Assembly: GCA_951406725.2 (NCBI GenBank)
Contig: OX597834.1
Coordinates: 3,100,001-3,164,000, forward strand
Length of the DNA: 64,000 nucleotides
Origin: Octopus vulgaris
Lineage: Eukaryota
Reading direction: 5' to 3'
This document shows, one piece after another, positions 32,955-44,900 of the stretch (position 1 is the first letter of the stretch; each line of letters opens with the position of its first letter). Position numbers and translations under genes: made by a program. The notes below the pieces were generated by a model that was not told the origin of the DNA, did not search any database, and worked only from the letters and a program-made list of their open reading frames with translations.

Positions 32955-33180
32955 TCCTAGATGTCTGACACCCACACCTAGTAATATCCCAGGTGTCAAA
33001 CGCCACCACCCACCCACTAATATCCTAGGTGCCAGATGTGCTACCTACCAATGTCCCAGATGTCAAACGCCCTGCCTACTAATATCACAGATGCCAGATG
33101 TCCCACCTACAGATGTTCCAGATGTCAAATGCCCCACCTACTAATATCCCAGATGCCAGATGCTCCGCCTACCAATCTCC
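32955..33180 (+). repeat. Diverged minisatellite of about 30 bp (CTAATATCCCAGATGCCAGATGTCCCACCTA-like)
   Basis: About 7 imperfect units, alternating GTCAAA and GCCAGA variants. Confidence 0.75.
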
Positions 33181-35134
33181 CTGTTGCTGAACACCCAACG
33201 CTGTTCAAGTATTGACTCAGAACAGCAACTTAGTCTAAGAAATGGACTGTAGATTATGCTACATAAACGGTGTAGTTGAGATTGTTCTATACAAACGATT
33301 TGGGAGAGATTGTGCTATACAAATAGTGACCACAACTTCTTATCTTCGACAGATGTCACAGCTTCAGGACCTACATGCATATCATTGCCCATGGCCACAC
33401 AAGCCCTCCATGCAGACAGTGAGGGTAGCAGAGGATCATTCAGACTAGGGGAACCTGAGTTTTCTCCAATGAGTAAAAGATCAAACATCCCAGTCTGGTT
33501 AGATAAAACCTACAGTAAGCTACACCAGTCAGCACTACTAAAACAACAGAAGTGATGGAGGAGTTCCCCACTTCTGCCCGACATTTCATCTCTGGCTTCC
33601 TCACATCTGGTTTTTATGTGACATTAGCCGGCCTGTCTTTTTTCCCCTGCCCCACTTCCTATCCCCCTCGTGCACTATTGCAGGTCAATCAGGTGTCCAA
33701 ATTCAAGATCTGCAGGGCCCACACTGAAAACCTATCACATGCAGAGCTGCAAACCCAGCAGATAGCCAGTTGCAAGCTCAGAAGGTACCAAACTGTACAC
33801 CCGACTGCTATCCAACCGCAAACCCAATAGATGCAAGCCCTGCAGGTGCCCACCTGTAAGCCCATCGGGTTTCTCACCTGTAAAACCAGCAGCCATTCAG
33901 CTACAAACCCAGCAGATGCCCCCACACCAAACCCACCGATTTAACCTATTTACTATGTTCTGTTTCCTTCAGAATGTTGCCAATCGCCTTGGTTTTCAAT
34001 GGATCCGACACCACAGTGGTGACATCTTTTGTGTGTGCCAACATGGCTGCTCTGCATCCTAGTTTCTTAATAATCCCATTTTCTGCAGCAATGGCTCAAG
34101 AACCAAAACATTCAGAAGCGATGAGGTGGAACATTCTTGACAGACTGAATGCCAAAAACACCAGGCCCTTCCTATCAGTGGTTATTCACTTCCACCATCC
34201 ATCAGATGTTGCTAGATAATGTAGCAATCCTATCTCCGAACTCAGGATCAAAACCCACTCCTAACAGTCGTCGGGTATCAAGGGTTGGCTCTATAGAATG
34301 TTTTAGTCTGTTCCAAAGTATTCAGCACCCCACCTAATCCAGATCTATGCTCAAACCCCTCTACACTGTGCTGCACGAGATGGGTGCTGGTGTGGATAGA
34401 TCTACCTGCGTGCACACAGGTTTGTGCAGGTTTTGGACGATATTTTACATGACAAACCTTAACTGCCATCTTTAAATTTATGTAGAGCTGAATTCTTGGA
34501 TAATGTTCCAGAATACATCTGTCTGGACCATGTCCTTCCTCAGCAGCATCACAACCTCCCGGGTCACACAACCAGTTTATTACCAGCTACAACCGACATC
34601 GCCAAGAGAAGGAAAAACAAGCATGACATCTACAATAAAATTTGTTAAGAAGACTGTCCCGGCCCCGACGACTTGACTTTTACGCAGCCATACATAACAC
34701 CTGCAGACCAGGCTCAAATACTGGCAGCAGAATGGTCTTCACTAAAGCCACCCTTGGGCCAGGTGGCTGTGCTAAGCTAAGCAACAGAGTCTAAACCTAA
34801 AAATTAGTTTCCGTCCATCTAATTCCGTCCGTCTAATTCCTCTCATAAGGCTCTGGTCAACCCAAAGTTATGGCAGGAGACACTTACCCAAGATATCCTG
34901 TAGTGGGACTAAACCTGAAACCACATATTATGAAACAAACTTATTGGTTAATACCCCCACTGTCTTACATCTAACGTGTGCCCTCGTCAGAAAGAGGGTA
35001 AACGTTAGATGCAACACAGTAACAATCATGTTTCTGTGGTCACCCTCCCCTCATCTGCTTCTGCTCATCTTCTTGAACCTTTTAACTGCAAAATTAAAAT
35101 TTCATGGTTATTCCAGTAATTTTTTTTTTTTTAT

Positions 35135-35730
35135 GTGCCCTTTTCAAGCCTAGTCAGGCTCATGGGCCCAGTTTCCCGGTTTCTGGGGTGTATGTGTTCC
35201 CCCCAGCTAGATGGGACGCTAGTCCATCGCAGCATTACCCAAGAAACAGGAAGAAAAAGTGAGAGAAAGTTGGGGCGAAAGAGTACAAAGGGGTCCCCAC
35301 CACCCCCTGCTGGAGCATTTTTTGGTGTTTTCGCTCAATAAACACACACAACGCCCGGTCTGGGAATCGAAACCACGATCCTCTGACCACAAGTATGCTG
35401 CCCTAACCACTGGGCATTGCACCACCACTATTCCAGTAATGGTGAAGGCATATGGCTTAGTGGATTAGGGTGTTCAGCTCAAAATTGTAAGGGCCTGAGT
35501 TCAATATCTTTGAGCAAGACACTTTATTTTACATTGCTCCAGTCCACTCAGCTGACAAAAAATGAATTGTACCTGTAATTCACAAGGGGTCAGCCTTGTC
35601 ACTCTGAATCTCCCTGAGAACTACATTAAGGGTTACACATGTCTGTGGTGTACTCAGCCACTTGCACGTTAAATTCACAAGCAGGCTGTTCTGTTGACCA
35701 GATGCACTGGAACACTCTTCATCATCTTAA
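35135..35730. mobile_element. SINE family C copies, back to back (others at about 5215-5440, 59620-59935, 61890-62060)
   Basis: Shared AGCTGAGTGGACTGGAGCAA...TGCTCAAGAACACAAC...GGAATCGAAACC motifs. Confidence 0.65.
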
Positions 35731-36716
35731 CTGGCCGAGTAGCCCTTGGTTAATTCTCTCCCAAAAGGGTAGAACTGGTATTTCCTGCAAGTCCCGTTGC
35801 CTCAATAGATTTGACATTCCTCAACGAAAAACACTTTCAACCATGACATTACAATCCTCAACAAAAGATAGATCGGGACATCAAATTGCAGAAAGCAGTT
35901 TTATATTCCAAGGGGGAAGAAGAATAACAGACATCACAGGACTCACGATTGAAGATGGTCCTCATGGAATTGGATGGACAACCACCATGCGCATGCGTGT
36001 TGTAACCTTATATATGAAGCTAACTTTAGCCGTTGTCCACCAGCTGACCAATGCATTCCAACGCCCTCTGGAGTGACTTTGGTCGTTTTAAAATTAAGCA
36101 AAGTCATACAACACAAACAAAAGAAAAAGAAGAATTTGATCTGGAACCGTGTCGTTTCAGGTTCAGTCCCGCTGCACAGTGGCACACGGGACAAATGTGC
36201 TCTACAACTTCAGAGCAGAACAATGCTTTGTGAGGGAATTTGGTAAATGGCAGCTGTGCGGAAACCCTTTATGCAATGTGCAAAATATGTATGTATGTAT
36301 GTATGTACGTAGTGTGTGTGTCTATCTCCATGACCTGTGGTCAGAGGATACTGCTGGACAAATGGTTAGTGGTTGTTTATGTCCTTAGCGCTTGATGGTT
36401 CAGCAAAATAAAGACCAATTTATAAATAAATAAAGAACTAAATTTGGAAAAAAAAGCACCCGGGATCAATGTCCTCTTCAAGGCAGTACTCCAGTATGGC
36501 CACAATCCAGTGACTGAACTAATAAAAGAGTAAAATGTTAAGAGAACAAAATGATGGAGATGAAGTAAAAATAATTTGGATTTTATTTAAAAAGAAATTT
36601 AATAAAAAAAAGAAAAAAAAGGTCTTCACATTTCAGCTAAATAACAACAATAACAACAACATCGTCCTCACTGTCGGTTCTAAAGGGCATCGGATCAATC
36701 CCTGCTGTGGGTGTTG

Positions 36717-36833
36717 TTACTCTGTACACTTTACATCAATGACTGTTTTCCCTCGACTGTGTCCAGCCTCGACATGGTTGTAGGCGTGAGGGAGTTGGTG
36801 AAAGGGAAACACCTTGTCGATGACTGGTTTGAT
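36717..36833 (-). CDS. RTN4IP1: RTN4IP1 exon 9, terminal (IKPVIDKVFPF...GHSRGKTVIDVKCTE*)
   Basis: Acceptor after a CT tract; C-terminal MDR motif; TAA stop. Confidence 0.93.
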   Translation of the reverse strand: MKPVIDKVFPFHQLPHAYNHVEAGHSRGKTVIDVKCTE

Positions 36834-39800
36834 CTGGTACGAGAGAGAGAGAGAGAGGGATAGTAGAGTGACACTGGATATGGGGGTGGGGGATATGAAG
36901 GTGTTGGTGTGTGGGTGTGCACATGGATGGGGTGTAAATGTATGCAGGGATGTGTGTGTGTGTGTGTGTGTGTAGATCAAGTGAAGGTGTGGGTGTGACT
37001 GGTTCAATGTGGTACAATAGATACAGATGGGGAGAAGGTAGAGTCATACCCGGAATAGGGGGGATATATAGGGTATAGGGTATGTGTGTGTGTAGCATGT
37101 GTGTAGTATGTGTGTATATGTGTGTAGTATGTGTGTATATGTGTGTAGTATGTATGTGTGTGTGTAGTGCATGTGTGTATGTAGAATATGTGAGTGTAGA
37201 ATGTGTGTGTGTTGTACATGTGTGTAGACATGGGTGCGTTTTCATCTAGAACAATACAGAAAGAGTGACGGCAGAGCCACTCCAGATATAGGGGTGATAT
37301 TAGGCGATAGGGGTGTGTGTGTGTGTTTTGTGTGCGGCATTTGCCTTACCCATGCAACTCACCTGACCGTTGTCCACCAGCTGACCAATACACTTCAGTG
37401 CCCTCCAATCAGGGACGAAGAACGCCCAGCGATAACTCTGTCCATTCTTTAGATTCTGAAACAGGACCAAAGATGATGTGCCAATATCATGGTAGCAGAG
37501 GTGGTAGTGGGAGGAGAGGATCAATGGAGAAGTGAGGGTGTCTTTTATAAAGGTGATAGTGGGAGTAACTGTTATACAGATGGGAGGAGAGATGATGGTA
37601 CAAGAAAGAAATTACATTAAGTGGGTGTGTTCCAGTATAATGTGGGTGTGTCTAGTAGTGAAGAGTTAGGCCATGTCTAGTAAAGAGGTGTGTCTAGCAG
37701 AGCAGTGGGATGTGTCTAGCAAAGAAGTGGGTTGTGTCTAAGAAAGTAGTAATTATATGTAGGAAGACATCTTTTGATGTGATTCAACTGCTAGAAACAG
37801 CAGCTAAATCTCCTTCAAATCACATGGATACACTATGTGTTAGTAAAAGACAGGATAGCCACAGTAAAGACACCATGGTCAAAGGTCATTTGGATGAGGG
37901 CTGACCTGGGGCTAAACAACAACAACAAAGAAAGCAACATTAAATAATGTAGTCTTAGATACATTATGCCTAAATAAAAGACAGGATGGTCACAGCTAGG
38001 ACAGTTTTGATCATGGATCTTTTGGATCAGAAGTGACCCGGGGCTAAACAGCAATTGTAAAAATCAACATGGTTGCTTGACCTGCAAGAAATAGCAGCTA
38101 ACCTCTCGCTCAAATTAGGTCTTACTGTCTAAAGAAAAACAAGGACACATTGGCTATATAGTCTAGAAAAACAAGAGACTGGCTAGTCATAGTTGGATTG
38201 TCTTTGACAACAGGTCTGCCAGCTCAGAAGCTGACCTAGGACTAAACAACATAAAAAAAAACAACAAAAATAGAAAAATATGGCACCATCACCATTCAGT
38301 ATTAACAAACCTCGAGAATGTTGCAGCCAAGGGAACCAGCAGAGCGGAGGAAGCCTGCGGGTATTCCATGGGTGTCTGTGTCTTCAAGGAATGGCGTCTT
38401 TATTGTCACATACTTGGCATTGCACCAATTCTTCAAGACATTCCGAGACGGCTTTTTACCAAGAACATCAAGGTAGAGGTGAAACCTGGAGAAACAGAGG
38501 AGGAGGAAGAGGAGTGAGTGGAAGGAGGAGAGACAGGGGGTGGGAGATGGGTGAGGGAAGGAGATGAGTAAAAGGGGGAGACAAGAAAAAATTGTGAGGA
38601 GAGAGAGAGAGAGAGGAAAAAGAGAGAAAAAGAGCCAGGGAAAGTGAGAGAAGAGAGAGAGAGAAAGACAGAGAGAGTGAGAGAGAACTAGAAAAGGAGG
38701 ACGAAAGGGAGAAATAACGAACTCACCCATCCATCTGCATCAGTTCGTCTTCTTCATTCTGTGTTTTATAATCGATGACCACATTGGCTCCGAGTGACCT
38801 CACAAGGTCAATGGCATCTGTACTGCATGTTGAAGTCACATGGGCACCCCATGCTGACATCAGCTGGAAGAACAAAGGAGCGTTACATGACAAATATACA
38901 TGTATATATACATGTGTGTGTGGGGGCATGGTTGTGTGGTAAGAAGCTTGCTTCCAGACTATATGGTTCTAGGTTCAGTCCCACTGCATGGCACCTTGAG
39001 CAAGTATCTTCGACAGTAGTCTTGGGCTGACCAAAGCTTTGTGAGTTGATCTGGTAGATGAAAACTGAAAGAAGCCCATCGTGTGTGTGTCTTTGTTTGT
39101 CCTCCACCACCACTCGACAACCGTTACTGGTGTACAACAGCATCAGGGACATGCTGCCTGGGTAGGCAAGGTAGGCTGTACCTACCCTGAATAAAATACA
39201 TCGATAGTAACATTTTCCTTTTAAGGTAAAATGTGCACCTAATTCAATAAAATTATGAAGGTTACTCTGATTAGTAAGCATAAAATGCAATTTTTTTTGG
39301 TAGATTAGGTAGGCATACTTCGCCCCTACCTTTCAGTCTCAGTATTTAAGCTGTTCATAGTATTGTTGTAGTACAACACGTGCTCTTTCTACTCTTTTAC
39401 TTGTTTCAGTCATTTGACTGCGGCCATGCTGGAGCACCGCCTTTAGTCAAGCAAATCGACACCGGGACTTATTCTTTGTAAGCCCAGTACTTATTCTATC
39501 GGTCTCTTTTTGTCGAACCGCTAAGTGACGGTGATGTAAACACACCAGCATCGGTTGTCAAGCAATGCTAGGGGGACAAACAGACACACAAACATACACA
39601 CACACATATAGATATATACATATATATACGACGGGCTTCTTTCAGTTTCCGTCTACCAAATCCACTCACAAGGCTTTGGTCGGCCTGAGGCTATAGTAGA
39701 AGACACTTGCCCAAGATGCCACACAGTGGGACTGAACCTGGAACCATGTGGTTGGTAAGCAAGCTACTTACCACACAGCCACTCCTGTGCCTATGTGCTG

Positions 39801-41183
39801 CGTACATTCCTACAGCGTTTTGTTTACCTGCTGTAAAGGCAGAAGTGAATCTGCCTCCAACTCAGTCCTGCACCTGTGTTTCGCTTGTTTTTTTGTGTTG
39901 TTGTTTTCCTACATAAACGTCACCGACTGCCTACCCTGAGTAATTACTGGTAGGACGTGCCTCAACAACATACCTCATCATTTACATCACTGTACAGCAT
40001 GATGAGATATATTTGACATTTCCTCTGCTTATACTAGTCTGATGATGTCACAGGAACATGACACAAAGAGAAAGAAAATGAATCTGAACACACACACACA
40101 CAACTGAATCATATTAAAAAAACAAAATTCTGTTTCAACCAACCTGAACAGCAAAAGTTCCAATTCCACCAGAACCAGCTTGAATAAAGACTCTGGAAAA
40201 GATAAAGAAATACAACTGAATGTTGTTGTTGCTGGTGTTGTTGTTGTTAGTGGTGGTGATAGAAGCATTTAACCCAAGGTCAGCCCAGATCAAGCACAAC
40301 CATGATCAAAGGGTAGTGATGCTGGAAACATCAAGTCTGCTTGTTTCAAAGAGCATTGTCTATCTAAGTGTCTACTATCTAATGTACTCTTGGATCAACT
40401 GATCCCCAATGTCCCATAGACAAGTGGATTAACTAATCACTTATCTACAATAAACCTGTGGGTCAATTAATCAAGTCTCTGCCCTTCACCTGTTGATGAA
40501 CTAACCAAGTTGTGTCCCATGGGTGTTACTAACCAGAGTCAGCCCAGGGCTACACAACAACAAGAGATCCTGTGAAATAAAAAAACACAAAAAACACGCA
40601 TGTTGAGTGAAGGACTTACCTCAAGTTTGGTGCCTTTTGCTGAGTGATTTCTCCAACAGAACAGAGTGCACTCCAAGTTGTGAGTGCTACGTAAGGCAGA
40701 GAAGCAGCCTCAATGTGAGTGAGAGTGGAGGGTTTGTGGCACAGCTGACACAAAAAGACAATCAATTATAAAGATAAATAGATAGATAGATAGATAGATA
40801 CAGCTATAATATAAAAAGATGTATAAAGATATGTATATTTATATGCATATATATAATATATGTATATAATATATGTATATATATATAGAATAAGTACTAG
40901 GCTTGCAAAGAATAAGTCTTGGGGTTGATTCGTTTGACTAAAGGCGGTACTCCAGCATGGCCACATTCAAATGACTGAAACAAATAAAAGAATAAGAATA
41001 AAAGACTATATATATTCTGAAACACACACAGATGCACGCACGCACTCAGCTCTAACCATTCCTCCATCCATCCATCATCTGTCTGTCTCTAAGTTTTGAA
41101 TGTCTATGTATTGTATGTGCATCTTCTCCCTTGCTCTCCAACCATGACCATAACCCTTGCACCTCCTCTTACATCCCCAGAGA

Positions 41184-41235
<52 letters not shown>

Positions 41236-41482
41236 TTCAGCAAAACAATTTAGATTCAAATGAATATGGTACTTAATTTAGATGCACCAGAATTATGTGG
41301 GGTGATTATAACCAAAAAATAAGCAACAAGAATGGATCTGGTAATTTAGTACAATTGTTTCATACTATAACAATTTATTAAAGCTGCAAATATTACAGCA
41401 AATGTAATATGTCAAGTAATCTTCAGCTAATTTCATATAGGTTTTCCAATAATGTAAAGTTCTCAAATCAATTATTTTTTGG

Positions 41483-41519
<37 letters not shown>

Positions 41520-41922
41520 TCTCTGGGGATGTAAGAGGAGGTGCAAGGGTTATGGTCATGGTTGGAGAGCAAGGGAGAAGATGCACATACAATACATAGA
41601 CATTCAAAACTTAGAGACAGACAGATGATGGATGGATGGAGGAATGGTTAGAGCTGAGTGCGTGCATGCATCTGTGTGTGTTTCAGAATATATATAGTCT
41701 TTTATTCTTATTCTTTTATTTGTTTCAGTCATTTGAATGTGGCCATGCTGGAGTACCGCCTTTAGTCAAACAAATCAACCCCAAGACTTATTCTTTGCAA
41801 GCCTAGTACTTATTCTATCGGTATCTTTTGCCAAACCAAGTTGCGGGTAGATAAACACACCAACATCTGTTGTGAAGCGATGGTGGAGGGGGACAATAAC
41901 AGACACGCATATATATCTATGT

Positions 41923-41969
<47 letters not shown>

Positions 41970-44900
41970 TAAAAGGTACAGAAATAATTTTATTCTCAAA
42001 TGCATGATGATGCTAATACAATAGCATGAACAGGATAGACTATCCATATATTGCAGAAAAATTCGTTACTGTCCAATCATGAAACTTGAATTCCTATCCC
42101 TGTGATTACTCGTCAAGTGCTTTACCTTTAAGCAACGAATTGCTCTGCAATTTTTGGATTTATTAATCTAGCTTTATAAGACACTAACGTTAAACTCAAC
42201 TTTACGATGAAAGGAAACAAAGTTTGCTTTAGAATTAGTATCATCATGCGTTTGGGTTCTGCATCTTTCAATACATATATATACGTGTATATATATATAT
42301 ATACATACACACACATGTATGTATATTCTCCAGGCGTAACTACCAATAAATGCATCAAACAATTGTCTCCCCTCACAAACTATCACAACAGTTACCTCCC
42401 TTATTGTAAGAACACGAGAGTTATGTACCCTGATTTTTAATACCGATCTACAAACTGTGACAAATATTATATTCTATAAGCTTACACACACACAGACACA
42501 CGGACATAGCACGAACCAAACGGAAGTGCCTGTGTGGATTGATGCGCAACCAGCCACAGATTACCCGTCTAAATACGGAAAGAATTTATTCAATAATGGG
42601 ATCTTTTCCTTTTGAAAGGCAGTTTTCAACACAATTTCTAGTTAACACTTTTAAACTTCGTATACTGGTAGAATGTGTCAAAATAAAACATTTTTTCTCT
42701 TGGCTTTCTTGAGAAAATTGTAATTTGTAAGTTTAACGTAGTTTAATTTTTCGAATTTTAACCAATCAATTTTCAAAAGGAAAAGATCCCAATAATGTAG
42801 TTTTGGAGAGCTGTGAAGTGTGAGTCTTCAAGGACATTATTGTTCTCCCACATTCAGTACCCCATGTTCCACTGACATGTAGCATCCTTTTTGTTGAACC
42901 TTTGCTCCGAAAGAACCGAAATGGATTCAGACATGGGCGCTCGACGCTGAGCCAGATACTATGCCTGTGCAGACTTATTGAAGAATCAAAAGCATTTAAT
43001 CGCGATCTTGCAATGGTATTTGTAGACTTTTCTAAAGCGTTCGATTCTGTAGATAGGTACAAGATGTTTGAAATCCTTAAGCTCTATGGGATACCAGACA
43101 AAATTATTTCTGCCATCAAGGTCCTCTACACAGATACGTCTTCAACCATCTTAACCCCTGATGGAGAAACATCATCTTTCTCAATCAAAGCCGGAATACT
43201 GCAGGGAGACACACTCGCCCCATTTCTTTTCATCATTGTTGTTGATTATGTGCTACGTATGTCAGTTGATACCATCTCTGGCAAGGGTTTTGAAATAAAA
43301 CCAAGAAGAAGTTCCAGACACCCAGCTGAGTACTTGACAGACACTGACTTTGCTGACGACATCGCTCTTATCAGTGATTCTCTCTCCAATGCCCAGTCTC
43401 TTTTACAATCTCTTGAACAAGCCTCAAATTGTGTAGGTCTTTACCTCAATGAGGCCAAAACTGAATACATAAACAAGTGCCTGTCCAACAGTGATTGCAT
43501 CATCCACACTCTCAACAGTGCGCCTTTAAATATGGTTTCTGATTATAAATATCTTAGGTCATACATATCATCATCTGGAAAAGACTTTCTAACTAGAAAG
43601 GGTATGGCCTGGTCAGCCTGTAATGGCATGCATAAGATCTGGTCATCAAATCTAAGTAGAGACTTCAAACTTGAAATCTTCAAAGCCACAGTCGAACCAA
43701 TTCTACTATATGTCTCAGAAACCTGGACGTTATCAAAGAAGCTTGAGAGGCGGTTGGATGGAACCTACACTCGCCTCCTTATGAGAGCTCAAAATCTCTC
43801 GTGGAAGCGCCATCCAACCAAAATGCAAATATATGGGAAATTACCACTTGTGTCATCTCTTGTGAAAGGTAGGAGAGTCCGGTTTGCTGGACATTGTTGT
43901 AGAGCTGAAAAAGAGGTAATTTCTACTCTTCTCCTCTGGAAGCCATCTACTCGCGATACCAGAGGGCGCACACTCTCCTACCCTGATGTAATCTCCAGAG
44001 ATACAGGCATCCAGCAACAGGACCTCCGTAATGCTATGATGGACCGTGAAGTCTGGTGTAACATAGTAAATTCCATTGTCTCGACCACGGTCGAACAATG
44101 ATGATGATGAGCATCACGCACTTTACCCATACTTCATGTAGAAAGAGAATCCCCCCTTAGCATGGTGGGTTCACTTCGCTGTATTATGTGGTCAGGACAG
44201 GTGAATCGGGGTGGGGGAGGGGGATGATGATAACAATGACATTGATGACAATGCCTATGATGATGATGATGATGATGACGTGGTGGTGGTGGTGACAATA
44301 ACAACAACAATGATGGCTATGGTGGTGATGATGATAATGATGATTAATTCAAACTCACCTCCTTTGTTGATGCCACACAAAACTGGGCGTGGCTGCCTTG
44401 GTTGTGTGCCCCTACAACTCCAAATACCTAGTGGGTAAAGAGGAAAATAACAAAATAAACACAAATATAAAGATTCAATTAAAACACACACCCACACACA
44501 TACACAAACATACATATATACACACACGCGTGCATGCAAGTATACATTCGTGTGTATGTGTGTACAAGTATAATCGCCCTCAAATCACACCCTACCATCT
44601 TTAAAACCTTCAGCATTTAAACTGTCTAAATCCAGCTCAAATATTTGACCCTTTTTTTATGTTCAAACTAGCCAGATCTGGCTTCTCACACTTACCCTAC
44701 AATCTCATTTTGAAACTATACAACCATGTCATCGACACCTCAAAGCTACCAGATGATGCATGAATAATTAAAAGCAATGTGAATCATCATCATCGTCGTC
44801 ATCACTTAACGTCCGTCGTCCATATTGGCATCGGTTGGACAGTTTGACCAGGGTTGGCAAGCTAGGGGAGCTGCATTAGGATCCAGTCTGGTTCAGCATG

